Shown: positions 50,963-52,654 of the stretch, one piece after another | How positions within the stretch are numbered: the stretch's first letter is position 1 | How the letters are laid out: each line of letters starts with the position of its first letter | Assembly: GCA_030538585.1 (NCBI GenBank) | Contig: JAUNTP010000001.1 | Span: 2,380 to 55,033 of the forward strand | Origin: Mobilicoccus sp. | Lineage (GTDB): Bacteria; Actinomycetota; Actinomycetes; Actinomycetales; Dermatophilaceae | Reading direction: 5' to 3' | Length of the DNA stretch: 52,654 nt | Made by a program: the position numbers and the translations under genes | The notes under the pieces: generated by a model | Database searches by the model: none | What the model saw: the letters and a program-made list of their open reading frames with translations, nothing else | Told to the model about the DNA's origin: nothing

Positions 50963-51391
50963 ATGACCGTTTCGGCCCTGTCGCCCACCGGCGATGTCCT
51001 TGGTATCCATCGCGCCTCGTCGGCCATCGGGGCGACCGAGTCCCTTCCAGGGGGCGGCGACTCCCGGCCCGGTCTGCGCGTGGTGGGGGAGCATGAGCGG
51101 CTCGTCGTGCCGCCGCTGCGCCTCACCCGCCGCGGCAGGCTGGTGCGCACCCTCGTCGTCTTCGGCATCGTCAGCCTGCTGGCGCTCATGGCGTTCGCGC
51201 GGCTCACGGCGCCACAGTTGCCGCCCACTCACGTGGTCACCGTCCAGCCCGGGCAGACGCTCACCCAGATCGCCGGTGAGGCGCTGCCGATGGTGCCGCT
51301 CGATGCGGCCGTCGTGCGCATCCAGATGGCCAACGGCCTCAACGGCTCGATCCTGCTCGCGGGTCAGGAGATCGTCATCCCCGGCGAGTGA
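50963..51391 (+). CDS. TM + LysM protein, probable SOS cell-division inhibitor (ChiZ/DivS/YneA-like)
   Basis: LRLTRRGR, TM helix, LysM VTVQPGQTLTQIA...NGL..LLAGQEIVIP; AAGGAG RBS; divergent from lexA. Confidence 0.85.
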   Translation: MTVSALSPTGDVLGIHRASSAIGATESLPGGGDSRPGLRVVGEHERLVVPPLRLTRRGRLVRTLVVFGIVSLLALMAFARLTAPQLPPTHVVTVQPGQTLTQIAGEALPMVPLDAAVVRIQMANGLNGSILLAGQEIVIPGE

Positions 51392-51640
51392 CGTCGTGAA
51401 GAGCGGTCGCCGAGTCAAATCTTCTCCAAGAAAATCGTCCCCACGTGCTCGCCGCGCATGGGGGTGCGCAGATGGGGGTCTAGGCTCGCGGAGGGTTCGA
51501 CACGGAGGCCCTGCAGGTCACGCTCCTGGGCCGCTCTCACCCTCCTGCAGAGGCGGGGTGTGGCCGCCTGAGCGGTCGTGGCGCCGACACGCCCGACACG
51601 CCAGCGGTGGGAGTTGTCACCCGAGCCGCAGGGCCCTACG

Positions 51641-51688
51641 ATCCCAGATGTAGTAGTTACACCAGTGTTCTTCCCCTATATATAGGGG
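51641..51688. promoter_or_regulatory. Tandem NrdR boxes
   Basis: ATCCCAGATGTAGTAG (51641) and CCCCTATATATAGGGG (51673), 32 bp apart, upstream of nrdR-nrdJ. Confidence 0.85.
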
Positions 51689-51830
51689 GTAGGGGTGGGT
51701 CTGCCGCTACGGTGCAGGTCAGCGATATGCGGCCCGTTCCGAGCGGGGGCAGCCGACGTCCCGCCCCCACCGGGGGCAGCCACGTTCGTCAACCACCGCC
51801 GGTCGATGCCGCGGAGAGGGGGTCAGGTCG

Positions 51831-52343
51831 ATGCACTGTCCGTTCTGTCGTCACACCGACAGCCGAGTCGTCGACAGCCGCCTCGTGGACGACGGCGGGG
51901 TCATCCGGCGCCGCCGGCAGTGCCCGTCGTGCAGCCGGCGGTTCACCACCACCGAGTCGGCCAGCCTCACCGTCATCAAGCGGTCCGGGGTCACCGAACC
52001 GTTCAGCCGCACCAAGGTTCTCGTCGGCGTCCGCAAGGCCTGCCAAGGTCGCCCGGTCGACGAGGACGCACTCGCGCTCCTCGCGCAGCAGGTCGAGGAG
52101 TCCGTTCGCTCGACGGGCTCGGCCGAGATCGACGCCCACGAGGTCGGTCTCGCGGTGCTCGGTCCGCTGCGGCGTCTCGACGAGGTCGCCTACCTGCGCT
52201 ACGCCAGCGTCTACCAGAACTTCGAGACCCTCGAGGACTTCGAGTCCGCGATCGCGCTGCTCCGCCTCGACGGCGACGATCCGCATCGTCTCGACGCTCC
52301 ACCCGGTTCGGTCACCCCGGTGTCCGCCGCCGTCGCCGACTGA
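51831..52343 (+). CDS. nrdR: Transcriptional repressor NrdR
   Basis: [31 protein letters not shown] cone, AYLRYASVY. Confidence 0.97.
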   Translation: MHCPFCRHTDSRVVDSRLVDDGGVIRRRRQCPSCSRRFTTTESASLTVIKRSGVTEPFSRTKVLVGVRKACQGRPVDEDALALLAQQVEESVRSTGSAEIDAHEVGLAVLGPLRRLDEVAYLRYASVYQNFETLEDFESAIALLRLDGDDPHRLDAPPGSVTPVSAAVAD

Positions 52344-52406
52344 CCGTCGGTCCCTGATACCCACCCCTTTGCCCAACCCCTGCCTACACGTCGGAGGAAC
52401 ACGACC

Positions 52407-52654
52407 ATGACGGAAACCACCGGCTCGAAAGCCTCGTCCCGCAAGCGCCCTGCCAAGGGCGTGAGCGTGCAGCGCATCTTCACCACCCCCGGCACCCACC
52501 CGTACGACGCGGTCACCTGGGAGCAGCGCGACGTCGTCCAGCAGAACTGGAAGACGGGCGAGACGATCTTCGAGCAGCGCGGGGTGGAGTTCCCGGACTT
52601 CTGGAGCGTCAACGCCTCCACGATCGTCACCACCAAGTACTTCCGCGGCGCCCT
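52407..52654 (+). CDS. nrdJ: Vitamin B12-dependent (class II) ribonucleotide reductase, N-terminus (partial)
   Basis: GGAGG RBS; MTETT...RIFTTPGTHPYDAVTWEQRD...FEQRGVEFPDFWSVNASTIVTTKYFRG; follows nrdR; runs off the window. Confidence 0.88.
   Translation, partial: MTETTGSKASSRKRPAKGVSVQRIFTTPGTHPYDAVTWEQRDVVQQNWKTGETIFEQRGVEFPDFWSVNASTIVTTKYFRGA

Noticed and set aside
52344-52406. Cobalamin riboswitch before nrdJ
   Set aside because: 63-bp gap, no B12-box seen

Overview
GC-rich actinobacterial chromosome segment, probably Micrococcales (inferred from gene order and promoter motifs). It is mostly core genome: ftsK-rimO-pgsA-cinA-clgR-like, lhr-nei, recA-recX-miaB-miaA-dapF, hflX, dinG, holA, rpsT, leuS-degV-comEA-comEC, lexA/LysM, nrdR-nrdJ (truncated by the window end). 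An accessory block between dapF and hflX carries an amino-acid permease, an atypical 8-gene Mrp-type antiporter operon (F-G-B-C-D-D-D-E, no full MrpA), a methyltransferase, and a translationally coupled tandem pair of multi-TM sensor kinases. The second kinase has lost the phospho-acceptor His and the ATP-binding boxes (pseudokinase), and no response regulator lies in the window. Non-coding signals: three families of intergenic palindromic repeats (including a duplicated 150-bp element built from 19-bp-periodic CTCACC/GGTGAG motifs), LexA boxes, NrdR boxes, several PafBC/RecA-NDp-type promoters (one in front of leuS-degV-comEA-comEC), many leaderless starts and an unannotated 56-aa membrane ORF. 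I saw no CRISPR array, rRNA, tRNA or transposase. All calls come from reading motifs by eye; no database search was run.
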